A stretch of 64,000 bases of DNA from an uncultured Spirochaetia bacterium (GTDB lineage Bacteria; Oederibacteriota; PGYV01; Palsa-1178), in assembly GCA_964443355.1 (NCBI GenBank), contig CAYUDX010000005.1:31468-95467 (forward strand). The letters run 5' to 3'. Made by a program: the position numbers and the translations under genes. Position 1 is the first letter of the stretch; the number at the start of each line of letters is the position of its first letter. This document shows, piece after piece, positions 10,823-19,599 of the stretch. The notes below the pieces were generated by a model that saw only the letters and a list, made by a program, of their open reading frames with translations, searched no databases and was not told the origin of the DNA.

Positions 10823-11557
10823 TTATTCGTCGTACTCAAAAAATATGTCGTTCCTTGTCTTTTTAACCTGCTCCTCGAATTTTTTCATCGAATCCGCGGA
10901 AACCCTCACCGACTTGTCCGGGCCGTCCAGCGGCCTTATGTAATATTTCCCGTAGCTCTGGTCGTATTTGATGTCGAATTCCGTTATGGTCGGCGTGGCG
11001 GGGTCGAACTGGTACAGGATGAGCTCCCACGGCATCTTGTCCGTCTCGAATATCTTCTGCTCCCTTTTCCTGTCCTTTTTGTCGTAGCTGGAATACATGA
11101 GCGTCAGTTTCTTGTCCTTCTTCTTGACGCCGTCGTTGACCATGAGGAATACCTTTGGAAGCTCGTTGCCGCTTATTTTCAGCGAGGTGAGGTATACAAT
11201 CGGCGAATACGCGTAGGCGAGGTCAACCTCAAGCATGCCCCTGAATTTTTTTCCGTTGGAAACCACGTCCACCGAAAGCGTCTGCCTGTAGATGTCGGCG
11301 TTATCCTCTATGGCCTCGTCTGTCTTGTGTATCCTGTACGGTATTATAAGTTCGTTCTCGCCGTCGTCGTTTAGGTCCGCGTAAAGTATGTACCCCTTGG
11401 CATCCCCGCTGCCCGGGTCAAAAAAGATGACCGGCGACTCGTCCTTGTCCGCGTATTTTTGCGCGGTCTCGAGCTGTGTGCCCTTTATCATGCCGGCCGA
11501 TAGCCATGCCGGTATTATTAGAAGTGTCAGGAAAAGAAAAATAACCCTGTTTTTCAT
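10823..11557 (-). CDS. Hypothetical secreted or membrane-anchored protein
   Basis: Start taken at internal Met (MKNRVIFLFLTLLIIPAWLSAG, signal-peptide-like) with GGGAGG RBS. The listed ORF extends 20 codons further upstream (to 11617). No recognisable domain. Confidence 0.5.
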   Translation of the reverse strand: MKNRVIFLFLTLLIIPAWLSAGMIKGTQLETAQKYADKDESPVIFFDPGSGDAKGYILYADLNDDGENELIIPYRIHKTDEAIEDNADIYRQTLSVDVVSNGKKFRGMLEVDLAYAYSPIVYLTSLKISGNELPKVFLMVNDGVKKKDKKLTLMYSSYDKKDRKREQKIFETDKMPWELILYQFDPATPTITEFDIKYDQSYGKYYIRPLDGPDKSVRVSADSMKKFEEQVKKTRNDIFFEYDE

Positions 11558-11619
11558 GTCAACCTCCCTGGATTTGTTGCCGACAGTAATTATATATAAT
11601 ATCACGGGAATCTTCAAGC

Positions 11620-12010
11620 CTACATATTATAAACCAGGACGCTCGAGTAGAGCCGCTGCTCGCTGCGGCTCACGTTTACACGGCGTTTAGCCGCAGCAAG
11701 CAGCGGCTCTACTGTATGTGCAAAAAAATCCAGCCAGTGCCGGGCGGCCATATGAGGCCGCCCCTGTCTCAAGAAAGACTGGCTGGCGGAGCTTTTTTTA
11801 GGCCTGTCGTCCAACAACACCCTAGTGTGTAAATAAAACATCGTGAAGCATATATATACAGGCTTTCCTTCGGATCTGCATCAAGCAAAACTTCGGACGA
11901 CGCGCCGAAAAAAAGTTCCGCCAGCCAGTGCCTGGTTTTAGCTAATGCCGGGCGGCCACACAGGGCCGCCCCTGCAAGTACATTGAAGCAGAACCATGCA
12001 GGTAGTATGT
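11620..12010. repeat. Non-coding region of GC-rich palindromic repeat units (copy 1 of a dispersed family)
   Basis: Stem-loops GAGTAGAGCCGCTGCTCGCTGCGGCT/AGCCGCAGCAAGCAGCGGCTCTACTG and CCGGGCGGCCATATGAGGCCGCCCCTG. An about 85-nt block (CATCGTGAAGCATATATA...TTCGGATCTGCATCAAGCAAAACTTCGGACGACGCGCCG) is about 85% identical to 20157-20245. Confidence 0.5.
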
Positions 12011-12011
12011 T

Positions 12012-13325
12012 TTAAGTGCGCGTTTCCTTCAGGGACTTTTCCAACACCCTGTAAATTTCCCTTATCTCGTTCTCCGATATTGTGAGCGGGGGCCATACAT
12101 AAAGCACCGGGCCGAGCGGCCTCAAGAAAACCCCCATATCGCGGGCTTTTTGCGCGGCAAGCTTCGCCCTCTTCGCGCCTCCCTCTTTTTCGGGTATGTG
12201 CATCATGGCTATCATGCCCAGCGCGTTAAAAAAGCAGCCGTCAAGGAGCCCGGCCGTCGATGCCATGCCTTCCCTTAAAAGCTTTGACAGCGGCTTTATC
12301 CTTTCTATTATATTGAGGCGGGAATAAAGCCCCACTGCAGCCAGCGCGGCTGCAGCCGTTATTGGGTTGCCGGAAAAAGTGTGGCCGTAAAAAAATGTCC
12401 TGCCGCCCCTGAAACTGTCGAATATCCTGTCGCTGGCCACAGCGGCGCTCATTGGAAGGAATCCGGCTGTCATTCCCTTTCCAAGCGTCATGATATCCGG
12501 GGATATGCCCGCTTTTTCGCAGGCGAACATCTCCCCTGTCCTGCCGAAGCCGACGGCAATTTCGTCGGCTATGAGTATAAGGCCGTATTTGTCGCATTGT
12601 TTTCTCAGGCGCCTCAAATATTCCTCCGGATATATGCGCATCCCCGCCGAACCCTGGCAAAGTGGCTCCACGATCACGGCCGCGGTCTCACCGTGGTGTT
12701 CCGTTATCATGTTTTCCATGGAGCCGAAACATTCCACTGTGCAGTCCGCCGGATTTTTGCCGTACCTGCAAAGCGCGCAGTGCGGCGATTCCGCGGCATA
12801 ATTTTCATTGACCGCGCCTTTCAGCTCCCTGTGGAACTCCTCGACGAACCCGACGCTTACCGCGCCCAGTGTGTCGCCGTGATAGCCTTCCTTAAGGCAG
12901 ATGAATTTTTTCCTCTTTTTTTCTCCGGTATTTTCCCAGTACTGCAGAGCCATGCGCAGCGACGCCTCAACGGCCGAGGCCCCGTCCCCGCAAAAAAAGC
13001 AGTGGTTCAGCCCATCCGGCGTTATATCAACGAGCTTTTCCGCCAGAAGCGCCTCTTTTTCGTGGGAAAGACCGCCGAGTATGACATGCTGAAGGGAACC
13101 CGCCTGCTTTTTTATCGCCCCTGTTATTTCCGGCCTTGAATGGCCCAGGTTGACGCACCACCACGAAGCGATGGCGTCCAAATATTTTTTACCGTTCATG
13201 TCGTAAAAATATGAGCCCTTTGCGCGGCTTATCACCGGAAAATCCGACCTCTCGAATTCGTCCGTATTGGTGTAAGGGTGCCAGACGTTCTTTATGTCGG
13301 TTTCCCGCAACTTTTTCCTGTCCAT
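12012..13325 (-). CDS. bioA: Adenosylmethionine-8-amino-7-oxononanoate aminotransferase
   Basis: 437 aa class-III aminotransferase with the BioA-type N-terminus (VWHPYTNTDEF...ISRAKGSYFYDMNGKKYLDAIASWW). Last gene of the bio operon. Confidence 0.88.
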   Translation of the reverse strand: MDRKKLRETDIKNVWHPYTNTDEFERSDFPVISRAKGSYFYDMNGKKYLDAIASWWCVNLGHSRPEITGAIKKQAGSLQHVILGGLSHEKEALLAEKLVDITPDGLNHCFFCGDGASAVEASLRMALQYWENTGEKKRKKFICLKEGYHGDTLGAVSVGFVEEFHRELKGAVNENYAAESPHCALCRYGKNPADCTVECFGSMENMITEHHGETAAVIVEPLCQGSAGMRIYPEEYLRRLRKQCDKYGLILIADEIAVGFGRTGEMFACEKAGISPDIMTLGKGMTAGFLPMSAAVASDRIFDSFRGGRTFFYGHTFSGNPITAAAALAAVGLYSRLNIIERIKPLSKLLREGMASTAGLLDGCFFNALGMIAMMHIPEKEGGAKRAKLAAQKARDMGVFLRPLGPVLYVWPPLTISENEIREIYRVLEKSLKETRT

Positions 13326-13326
13326 G

Positions 13327-14043
13327 TCATACCCCGTCTATTAATGCTTTGACGCCCGCCATCGAGTCGAAGGCGTCAAGCAGTGTTTTCCTGTTCACAA
13401 CCTTAAGGAAAGGCAGCGACCCCAGGTATTTTATCCCGGAAAATTGTTCCACGACCTTCGCGTTATCCTTCTCGATCAGCCCGGACTTGCCTCCGGCGTA
13501 TGCGTAATTGAAGACAAAACCCGCTATTTTTATCTTCCTCTGCCTCAGCGCCTCGAAGGAAAGGCAGGCGTGGTTCACCGCGCCGAGCCCGGGCTGCGAC
13601 ACCAGTATTACAGGAAGCTCCGTGGCCTTTATTATGTCGGCCATTAATGTCTTTTCCCCGCGGTCGACCGGCACTAGCACGCCTCCGGCACCTTCGACTA
13701 CAATAGCCTCGTATTTTTTTAAAAGTTTTTCCTCCGCGTTTTTCACTCCGGCCGCGGTGGCGTACTTTTTACCGGAAAGCTCCGCGGCAAGGTGCGGCGA
13801 GCAGGCATGCTCGTATGTGAAAGGCTGCATGAGGCGCAGTTCGCTTTTTCCCGGGTTGAACCCGGATGCCCTGAATATTTTTTTCAGGTCGGGTGATATT
13901 TTAGACCCGCTCATGCCGGTCTGCACCGCCTTGAGCGGCGCGGCGTCCACCCCTTTTTCCAAGAGGGCGGCGAGCAGTCCGGCGGTGAAGACTGTTTTTC
14001 CCACTCCGGTCCCCGTCGCAGTCACAAAAAATCCTTTTTTCAT
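13327..14043 (-). CDS. bioD: Dethiobiotin synthetase
   Basis: N-terminal P-loop FFVTATGTGVGKTVFTAGLLAAL is typical of BioD. 238 aa. Confidence 0.88.
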   Translation of the reverse strand: MKKGFFVTATGTGVGKTVFTAGLLAALLEKGVDAAPLKAVQTGMSGSKISPDLKKIFRASGFNPGKSELRLMQPFTYEHACSPHLAAELSGKKYATAAGVKNAEEKLLKKYEAIVVEGAGGVLVPVDRGEKTLMADIIKATELPVILVSQPGLGAVNHACLSFEALRQRKIKIAGFVFNYAYAGGKSGLIEKDNAKVVEQFSGIKYLGSLPFLKVVNRKTLLDAFDSMAGVKALIDGV

Positions 14044-14792
14044 TTTGTGCCACCTTTCCTTATTACCGCGAAAAACACGCGGTAAGTTACGGGATATCTC
14101 CCGTCCCTGCCCTTATAGAGCCTCTGGTAATCGTTCAATCCCGCGCGCGTGACCTTTTTCCCGTCAGTCTCCGGAGCGGTGTAATTTGCCCCGACGTTCT
14201 TTATGGACCTCACCGCCTCTATCGGGGTCTCATACCATGCCGTCATCTCTTTTATCTGCAGCTTTTCCGGCCCGGGCAGCCCCTTTAAGAGCTCGCTCTC
14301 TTCCGGAAAATCATGGAAAGACCCGGATATGGATTTCAGCTCCTTTAACGACCCTTTCACCGGAGTGCTGAAGGCGAATATTCCGCCCTCCTTCACCCAG
14401 CCGTAAAACCTGCGCATTGCGGACGGTATGTCGCTGAGCCACTGGAATGTGAAATTTGAAACGACAGCGTCGAAACTGCGGCCGGGATCGAATTTTTCCG
14501 CGTCCTCGCACACGAATTTGTGTTGCGGCCAGTTCTGCCTGCACACCCTTACCATGCCTTCCGCAAAATCCACGCCGGTAAATTCCCCCGCTTTTAATTT
14601 TTCAACCACTTTTTCGGTGAGGAACCCGGTCCCGCTGCCTATATCAAGCACGGAATTTGCCTTTTCCTCCGGCATCATCGATATGAGTATTCCGGCGGCC
14701 TCTTCCTGGACGCTTGCGTTTCCGGTGTAAACCGGGGCGGCCTTTGAAAAATTGTTCCTGGCCTGCTCCTTTATTGTTTTTTTTACATCCAT
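14040..14792 (-). CDS. bioC: Malonyl-ACP O-methyltransferase
   Basis: Class I SAM methyltransferase motif VLDIGSGTGFLT. Position between bioH and bioD. Overlapping stop/start codons with both neighbours. Confidence 0.78.
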   Translation of the reverse strand: MDVKKTIKEQARNNFSKAAPVYTGNASVQEEAAGILISMMPEEKANSVLDIGSGTGFLTEKVVEKLKAGEFTGVDFAEGMVRVCRQNWPQHKFVCEDAEKFDPGRSFDAVVSNFTFQWLSDIPSAMRRFYGWVKEGGIFAFSTPVKGSLKELKSISGSFHDFPEESELLKGLPGPEKLQIKEMTAWYETPIEAVRSIKNVGANYTAPETDGKKVTRAGLNDYQRLYKGRDGRYPVTYRVFFAVIRKGGTK

Positions 14793-15469
14793 TTGAATCC
14801 GCCTATTTCCCCGATTGCCCCGTCGTCCATGGCATACGGCAGGCCGTGGCCCTCGTCAAATTCCCTTAACACGCTCCCTTTTATACGCGTCCCCAGAAAG
14901 CCGGGCTGGCCCGGCGGAATTATAGCATCCGAACTTCCGTACATTATAAGCGCGGGAGTTTTTATCGCGGCAAGGCCCGGCCTTACATCCTCTTTTTCGA
15001 GGAATCCAAGCCCAGCCGCGAGCTCTTCCGTCGAAAATCCAGCGGCCTCCTCCAGATAAGCTTCAATGCCCGGGCGGCCTCCGAATGCTTTCGACGCGAA
15101 GCTCTCAAGTACAGCTTCCTTGTATTTTACCAGCCTGGCCGACATTGCCCTTAATTCCCGCGGGTCTGCCCCTTCATAATTATAATCCCTGATCATACGC
15201 GACGTCGGCGATATTAATGCCAGCCCCGACACCATATCCGGAATCTCAATGGCCGTTTTCAGGGCAATCAGGCTGCCCAGGGACCAGCCCATAATGGCAA
15301 CTTTTTGCCCGCTTTTTTTTATGGATTCCGCAGCGTAATTTCCGTTGCCGACGCATTTTTCCCACGGCAAATATGAGAACCGAAAAACTTTACCGAGCCC
15401 CTCTTCTATCTTTTTGAAAGCGCCGCGCCCGGCTCCCCAGCCTGATATGAGAACCATATCTTTTTTCAA
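14783..15469 (-). CDS. bioH: Pimeloyl-ACP methyl ester esterase (alpha/beta hydrolase)
   Basis: 228 aa alpha/beta-hydrolase with nucleophile elbow GWSLG. Embedded in the bio operon. Assignment to the BioH versus BioG/BioK class was not resolved. Confidence 0.65.
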   Translation of the reverse strand: MKKDMVLISGWGAGRGAFKKIEEGLGKVFRFSYLPWEKCVGNGNYAAESIKKSGQKVAIMGWSLGSLIALKTAIEIPDMVSGLALISPTSRMIRDYNYEGADPRELRAMSARLVKYKEAVLESFASKAFGGRPGIEAYLEEAAGFSTEELAAGLGFLEKEDVRPGLAAIKTPALIMYGSSDAIIPPGQPGFLGTRIKGSVLREFDEGHGLPYAMDDGAIGEIGGFKWM

Positions 15470-16614
15470 ATCAAGCCCGCCTTTGCCGCGGCGGCGGCTA
15501 TTTTCCCGGCCGCAGTCTCCAGGGCTCCCCTGTCGTGCGCAAGGGTCACAGAGAGCCTCAGGCGCGAGGTTCCCTGCGGCACGGTCGGCGGCCTTATGGC
15601 CTTGGCGTATATCCCCTCGTCCCAGAGCAATGAAGCCGCCCTCACGGCGTGGTTGTTGTCGCCGATCATTACGGGTATTATCTGGCTTGAAAATTCCGGG
15701 ATATTAAGCCCCCCGGCCCTCAACAGGCCGTGAAAATATTTTGCGTTTGAGACTAATTTTTCTCCCAGGGTTTTTTCTTCCCGTATGACTTCCAGCGCCC
15801 CCATGGCCGATCCCAGGCATGCCGGCGGGAGCGATGTGGAAAAAATAAAGGGCCTTGCGGAATTAATTATTAATTTTTTTGCCAGATTTGAGCATGCAGC
15901 AAAGCCGCCGTAACCCCCGAAAGCCTTGCTGAAGGTGCCTGTTATAAGGTCCGCCTTTACTTTTTCGATGGCGCAGATGCCGGCGCCGCCGCCGAAGACA
16001 CCTATGGCGTGCGCCTCGTCCACTATCAGGAACGCGCCGTATTCGTCGGAAAGCTCCCTTAATTTCTTTACCGGCGAGACGTCGCCGTCCATGCTGAAAA
16101 CAGAATCCGCAATTATGAATTTATTACCCGATGCGGCCTTAAGCATGGTTTCCAGGCCGTCCATGTCGTTGTGGCCGAACCTTTTCCACGAGGCGCCGCT
16201 CATTAGCACGCCGTCTATCAGGCTGGCGTGGTCGAGCCTGTCAAAAAAAACCGAATCGCCCCTGCGCGCCAGCGCGGATATGACCCCGAGATTGGCCAAA
16301 AACCCGCTGCCGAAAACTATCGAAGCTTCCATGCCCATCCACTCCGCAATTCTTTCTTCAAGTTCCATATGAAGAGGAAGGGTTCCGCACATCAGGCGCG
16401 AGCCGCCTGATCCGGCGCCGTATTTTTCCACGGCTGCAATCGAAGCTTTTTTTATCCTGTTGTCGTTGGCAAGGTCCAGGTAATCGTTGGATGAGAAATT
16501 CAGGTATTGTTTCCCGTCAACGGTGAATTTCCCGCCGGAAGAAGGAATGGTAAAAAGTTCGCGCGTTAGCCCTTTTTTTTCTATTTCGAAAAGCCTCTCC
16601 TCGAACCCGCTCAT
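15466..16614 (-). CDS. bioF: 8-amino-7-oxononanoate synthase
   Basis: 382 aa PLP-dependent alpha-oxoamine synthase (FSKAFGGYGG with the PLP lysine region). Position within the bio operon. Confidence 0.88.
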   Translation of the reverse strand: MSGFEERLFEIEKKGLTRELFTIPSSGGKFTVDGKQYLNFSSNDYLDLANDNRIKKASIAAVEKYGAGSGGSRLMCGTLPLHMELEERIAEWMGMEASIVFGSGFLANLGVISALARRGDSVFFDRLDHASLIDGVLMSGASWKRFGHNDMDGLETMLKAASGNKFIIADSVFSMDGDVSPVKKLRELSDEYGAFLIVDEAHAIGVFGGGAGICAIEKVKADLITGTFSKAFGGYGGFAACSNLAKKLIINSARPFIFSTSLPPACLGSAMGALEVIREEKTLGEKLVSNAKYFHGLLRAGGLNIPEFSSQIIPVMIGDNNHAVRAASLLWDEGIYAKAIRPPTVPQGTSRLRLSVTLAHDRGALETAAGKIAAAAAKAGLI

Positions 16615-17606
16615 TCGACGCCCTCCAGTTCCGCGCTGAAACCCATATCCCTTATCATTTCAAAACCTTCTCCGGCCGGCTGCCCGCCTGTGGTCAGGTA
16701 CCCCGAGACAAAAATGGAATTTACAACGTAAAGGCAGAGCCCCTGCATTGACCTTAAATGATATTCCCTGCCGCCGGCCGCGCGTATGTCCGAGTCGGGG
16801 TTTGAAAGCCTGGCAAGGCACAGCGCCTTCATGCAGTATGCAGGGGTGAGCGGGTCGCCTTTTTTTTCAAGCGGCGTGCCTTCGACTGGTATGTAGAAAT
16901 TTACCGGTATTGAATCGGGCCTTATTTTCCTGAGTTCCATAAAAAGGTCGGCGGCGCCCTCTTTTCCCTCGCCGAGGCCTATTATGCCGCCCGAGCATAT
17001 CTCAAGGCCTGCTTCCCTGCATGTCTTGAGGTTGTTTATCCTGTCGTCCCATGTGTGGGTCGTGCATATTTTTGGATAGAATTCCCTGCTGGAATTAAGG
17101 TTGTGATTTATCCTGTCCAGGCCTGCGCTTTTCAGCAGAGCCGCCTGCTTAGGTGTCAGAAAACCCATGGAACAGCACAGGCTGATGACCGCCTCTTTTT
17201 TTATGGAACGCACGGATGCTGCAAGGTTGTTTATAAGGCCGTCGTCGTATCTGATGCTGCTCAAGGCGATGCAAAACCGCGCCGCCCCGCTTTTTTTCGC
17301 ATTCAGCGCGCCCTCGACGAGTTCTGCTTCCGGCCTTAACGGATATTCCTTAATGGCAGCCCCGGAAACGCTTGACTGGGTGCAGTAACCGCAGTTCTCG
17401 CTGCAGAGTCCGGACTTGGCGTTCAACAGCACCTGGACGCCGACCCTGTTGCCGAAATATTTTTTGCGCACCGAGTACGCGGCGTCAATGAGTTCCGGCA
17501 GCCGGTCGTCTGGATAATCAAGGACTCCCAGCGCCTCTTCCCTTGTGAGACCTTCACCCTGCATTGCCCTTTCAGAGATATTTTTTATGTTTATCATGGT
17601 TCTCAA
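16611..17606 (-). CDS. bioB: Biotin synthase (radical SAM)
   Basis: CSENCGYCTQ radical-SAM motif and BioB-length protein. The listed start is TTG at 17606; an in-frame ATG at 17597 is more likely. The upstream PurM-like gene stops at 17603. Confidence 0.9.
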   Translation of the reverse strand: MRTMINIKNISERAMQGEGLTREEALGVLDYPDDRLPELIDAAYSVRKKYFGNRVGVQVLLNAKSGLCSENCGYCTQSSVSGAAIKEYPLRPEAELVEGALNAKKSGAARFCIALSSIRYDDGLINNLAASVRSIKKEAVISLCCSMGFLTPKQAALLKSAGLDRINHNLNSSREFYPKICTTHTWDDRINNLKTCREAGLEICSGGIIGLGEGKEGAADLFMELRKIRPDSIPVNFYIPVEGTPLEKKGDPLTPAYCMKALCLARLSNPDSDIRAAGGREYHLRSMQGLCLYVVNSIFVSGYLTTGGQPAGEGFEMIRDMGFSAELEGVE

Positions 17607-18658
17607 AGATTTCCCATTTCTTTTGCGTAGGCAAGCCAGAATGGGTCTACCCTCGGGTGCTCAAGCGGGGTCTCTTTTCCTTTTTCGACCACGCTGATGC
17701 CCTCTTCCTCTTTTACCACGCTGCCCACTATGGACGAATCGATCTTGCTGTCCTTGAGCTTTTTTACTATCTTCTCGGCCTTGTCCGGCCTGGCGGTTAT
17801 CAGAAGCGTGCCCTCGCTGATGGAGGAGTACGGGTCGATGTTGTAATAACCGCATATCGCCTTTGTTTCCGGCAGGACTATTATGTTTTCCTTTATTATT
17901 TTCATGCCGACCTTTGAAGCCTTTGCTATTTCATAGAGCCCGCCCCACACGCCGCACTCCGTGGCGTCGTGCATTGAAGTGACCCCCTTGTCCCGCACGC
18001 CCACGGATGCCGCGATCAGGGCGTCGTCGACCACGGACATTTTGTAGAATATCTCCGATGCTTTTTTCGAGAATTCCGCGCCGAACACGGAGGCCATCTT
18101 TTTTTCGAATGTGACGGCAAAAAGGCCTGTGGCCTCGATGGCCGCCCCTTTTGTTACTATTATCTTGTCCCCAACCCCGGCTCCTTTTGGGGTGACATAT
18201 TTTGACTTGTCCCCCACGGCTATAACGGTCGCGCCGCCGACCATCGGGTAGTGGCAGCCTTCGTATTTCGCGGTGTGGCCGCTGATGATCGAGATTCCCA
18301 TCTTGGCGCACTCCGAGGATATCACCTTCCACATTGAGTTGAGTTCCTCTTTTTTTATGGAAAGGGGAAGGTTAAGGTCTATAGTCAGGTAAGCGGGTTT
18401 CAGCCCGGAGGTTACCACGTCGGAGACAAGGATGTGTATCGCGAACCAGGCCGCGCGCTCAAAGCCGTATTCCGGGACGATAAAGACAGGGTCGGTGGTG
18501 GTGGCCATTACTTTCCCGCCCCCTATGTCCACGATGGCGATATCGACGCCGTGTTCGGGCCCCACGAGCACTTTCGGATTTTTCCTGCCCAGCGAAGGGT
18601 ATATCATTTCGTCAAAAATATCGGGTGATATCTTCCCGATCTCGGGCATTTCGGCCAT
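17603..18658 (-). CDS. PurM/HypE-like (AIR synthase-related) protein of unknown function, first gene of the bio operon
   Basis: 351 aa. N-terminal SPDIFDEMIYPSLG...GVDIAIVDIGGGKVMATTTDPVF and the overall layout resemble the AIR-synthase-related family (HypE, ThiL, SelD, PurM). It lacks the HypE C-terminal Cys. Its stop lies 5 nt from the bioB ATG. Confidence 0.65.
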   Translation of the reverse strand: MAEMPEIGKISPDIFDEMIYPSLGRKNPKVLVGPEHGVDIAIVDIGGGKVMATTTDPVFIVPEYGFERAAWFAIHILVSDVVTSGLKPAYLTIDLNLPLSIKKEELNSMWKVISSECAKMGISIISGHTAKYEGCHYPMVGGATVIAVGDKSKYVTPKGAGVGDKIIVTKGAAIEATGLFAVTFEKKMASVFGAEFSKKASEIFYKMSVVDDALIAASVGVRDKGVTSMHDATECGVWGGLYEIAKASKVGMKIIKENIIVLPETKAICGYYNIDPYSSISEGTLLITARPDKAEKIVKKLKDSKIDSSIVGSVVKEEEGISVVEKGKETPLEHPRVDPFWLAYAKEMGNL

Positions 18659-18879
18659 TGCACAACCTCCTTATAAAATTAAAAAACCTTCTTCCCTTTA
18701 ATGTTCCGGGCCGAAGGCGCAGTTAAGATCCATGTTTTTAGTCTCTTTTTCCTACGCCGGCATTACCCGGATCAGGTTCTTCGGGTATATTCTCAGACCG
18801 CACATTGTGCGCGGCCACCCCGCTGTAACTTTATGTAAATAATATCATTAAAAAAGAATATGTCAAATTATATATGGGC

Positions 18880-19560
18880 TTACTTTTCCGGCCCTTCGCC
18901 TTTGACAAAACTCTGCTGCCTCAATACCTGCCCCTTTTTGGTGTAGGTCTTGATGGTGACCAGGTATCCGTCGTCGTAAATATGCTCTTCCTTGAGGGTC
19001 TTGTCGACATAATACTGGACCACGCCGTCTATGGTCTCGCCGTATTTTTTTATCGACCCGTCCGAGCCGTGGAGCCACCTGGCGATCTCCCTTCCGCTCT
19101 TGTAAAAAACCTCGGTCTCTCCCGTCGTTATTGAAACCATTTCGGAGAATATCTTGTCTATCAGAAGTTTCCCGTTCTCCGCGAAAGTCTTGAGCCTTAT
19201 CATCTGGTCGTTGGTGAACTTGCCGTCTTTCCAAACAGAACCTGACGGGTAATAAAGCTTGTACTGGCCGTTTTTCAGGCTGTTGACGTAATGTTTTTCC
19301 ACCATTATCTGCCCGGTCTCATAATACTCAAAGACATCGCCGTCTGGGATGTCCCCGAAAAGCTCGTAACGCTTCAGGACCCCGTCCTTATTGAGCACCT
19401 CTATAGCATATACTTCCATGCCTGATCTTGTCTTTACGGCCTTGTCCTCGATGAAAAAACTGAGCTTATATGTGGTGTTGCCTTCCTTGTCGGTCCCGAG
19501 GATCGACGTTTTTTGCGTCATTATGACGTTTATCTTTCTCTGGGGTTCCTTCTCGGCCAT
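18880..19560 (-). CDS. MORN-repeat protein (YwqK-like immunity/antitoxin family)
   Basis: Repeated YxxGxxxxEKHYVNSLKNGQYKLYYPSGSVWKDGKF-type MORN_2 variant motifs. No signal peptide. Monocistronic. Confidence 0.65.
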   Translation of the reverse strand: MAEKEPQRKINVIMTQKTSILGTDKEGNTTYKLSFFIEDKAVKTRSGMEVYAIEVLNKDGVLKRYELFGDIPDGDVFEYYETGQIMVEKHYVNSLKNGQYKLYYPSGSVWKDGKFTNDQMIRLKTFAENGKLLIDKIFSEMVSITTGETEVFYKSGREIARWLHGSDGSIKKYGETIDGVVQYYVDKTLKEEHIYDDGYLVTIKTYTKKGQVLRQQSFVKGEGPEK

Positions 19561-19599
19561 AAAAACCTCCCTTAAACTGTTATAGGTATAATTATACTA

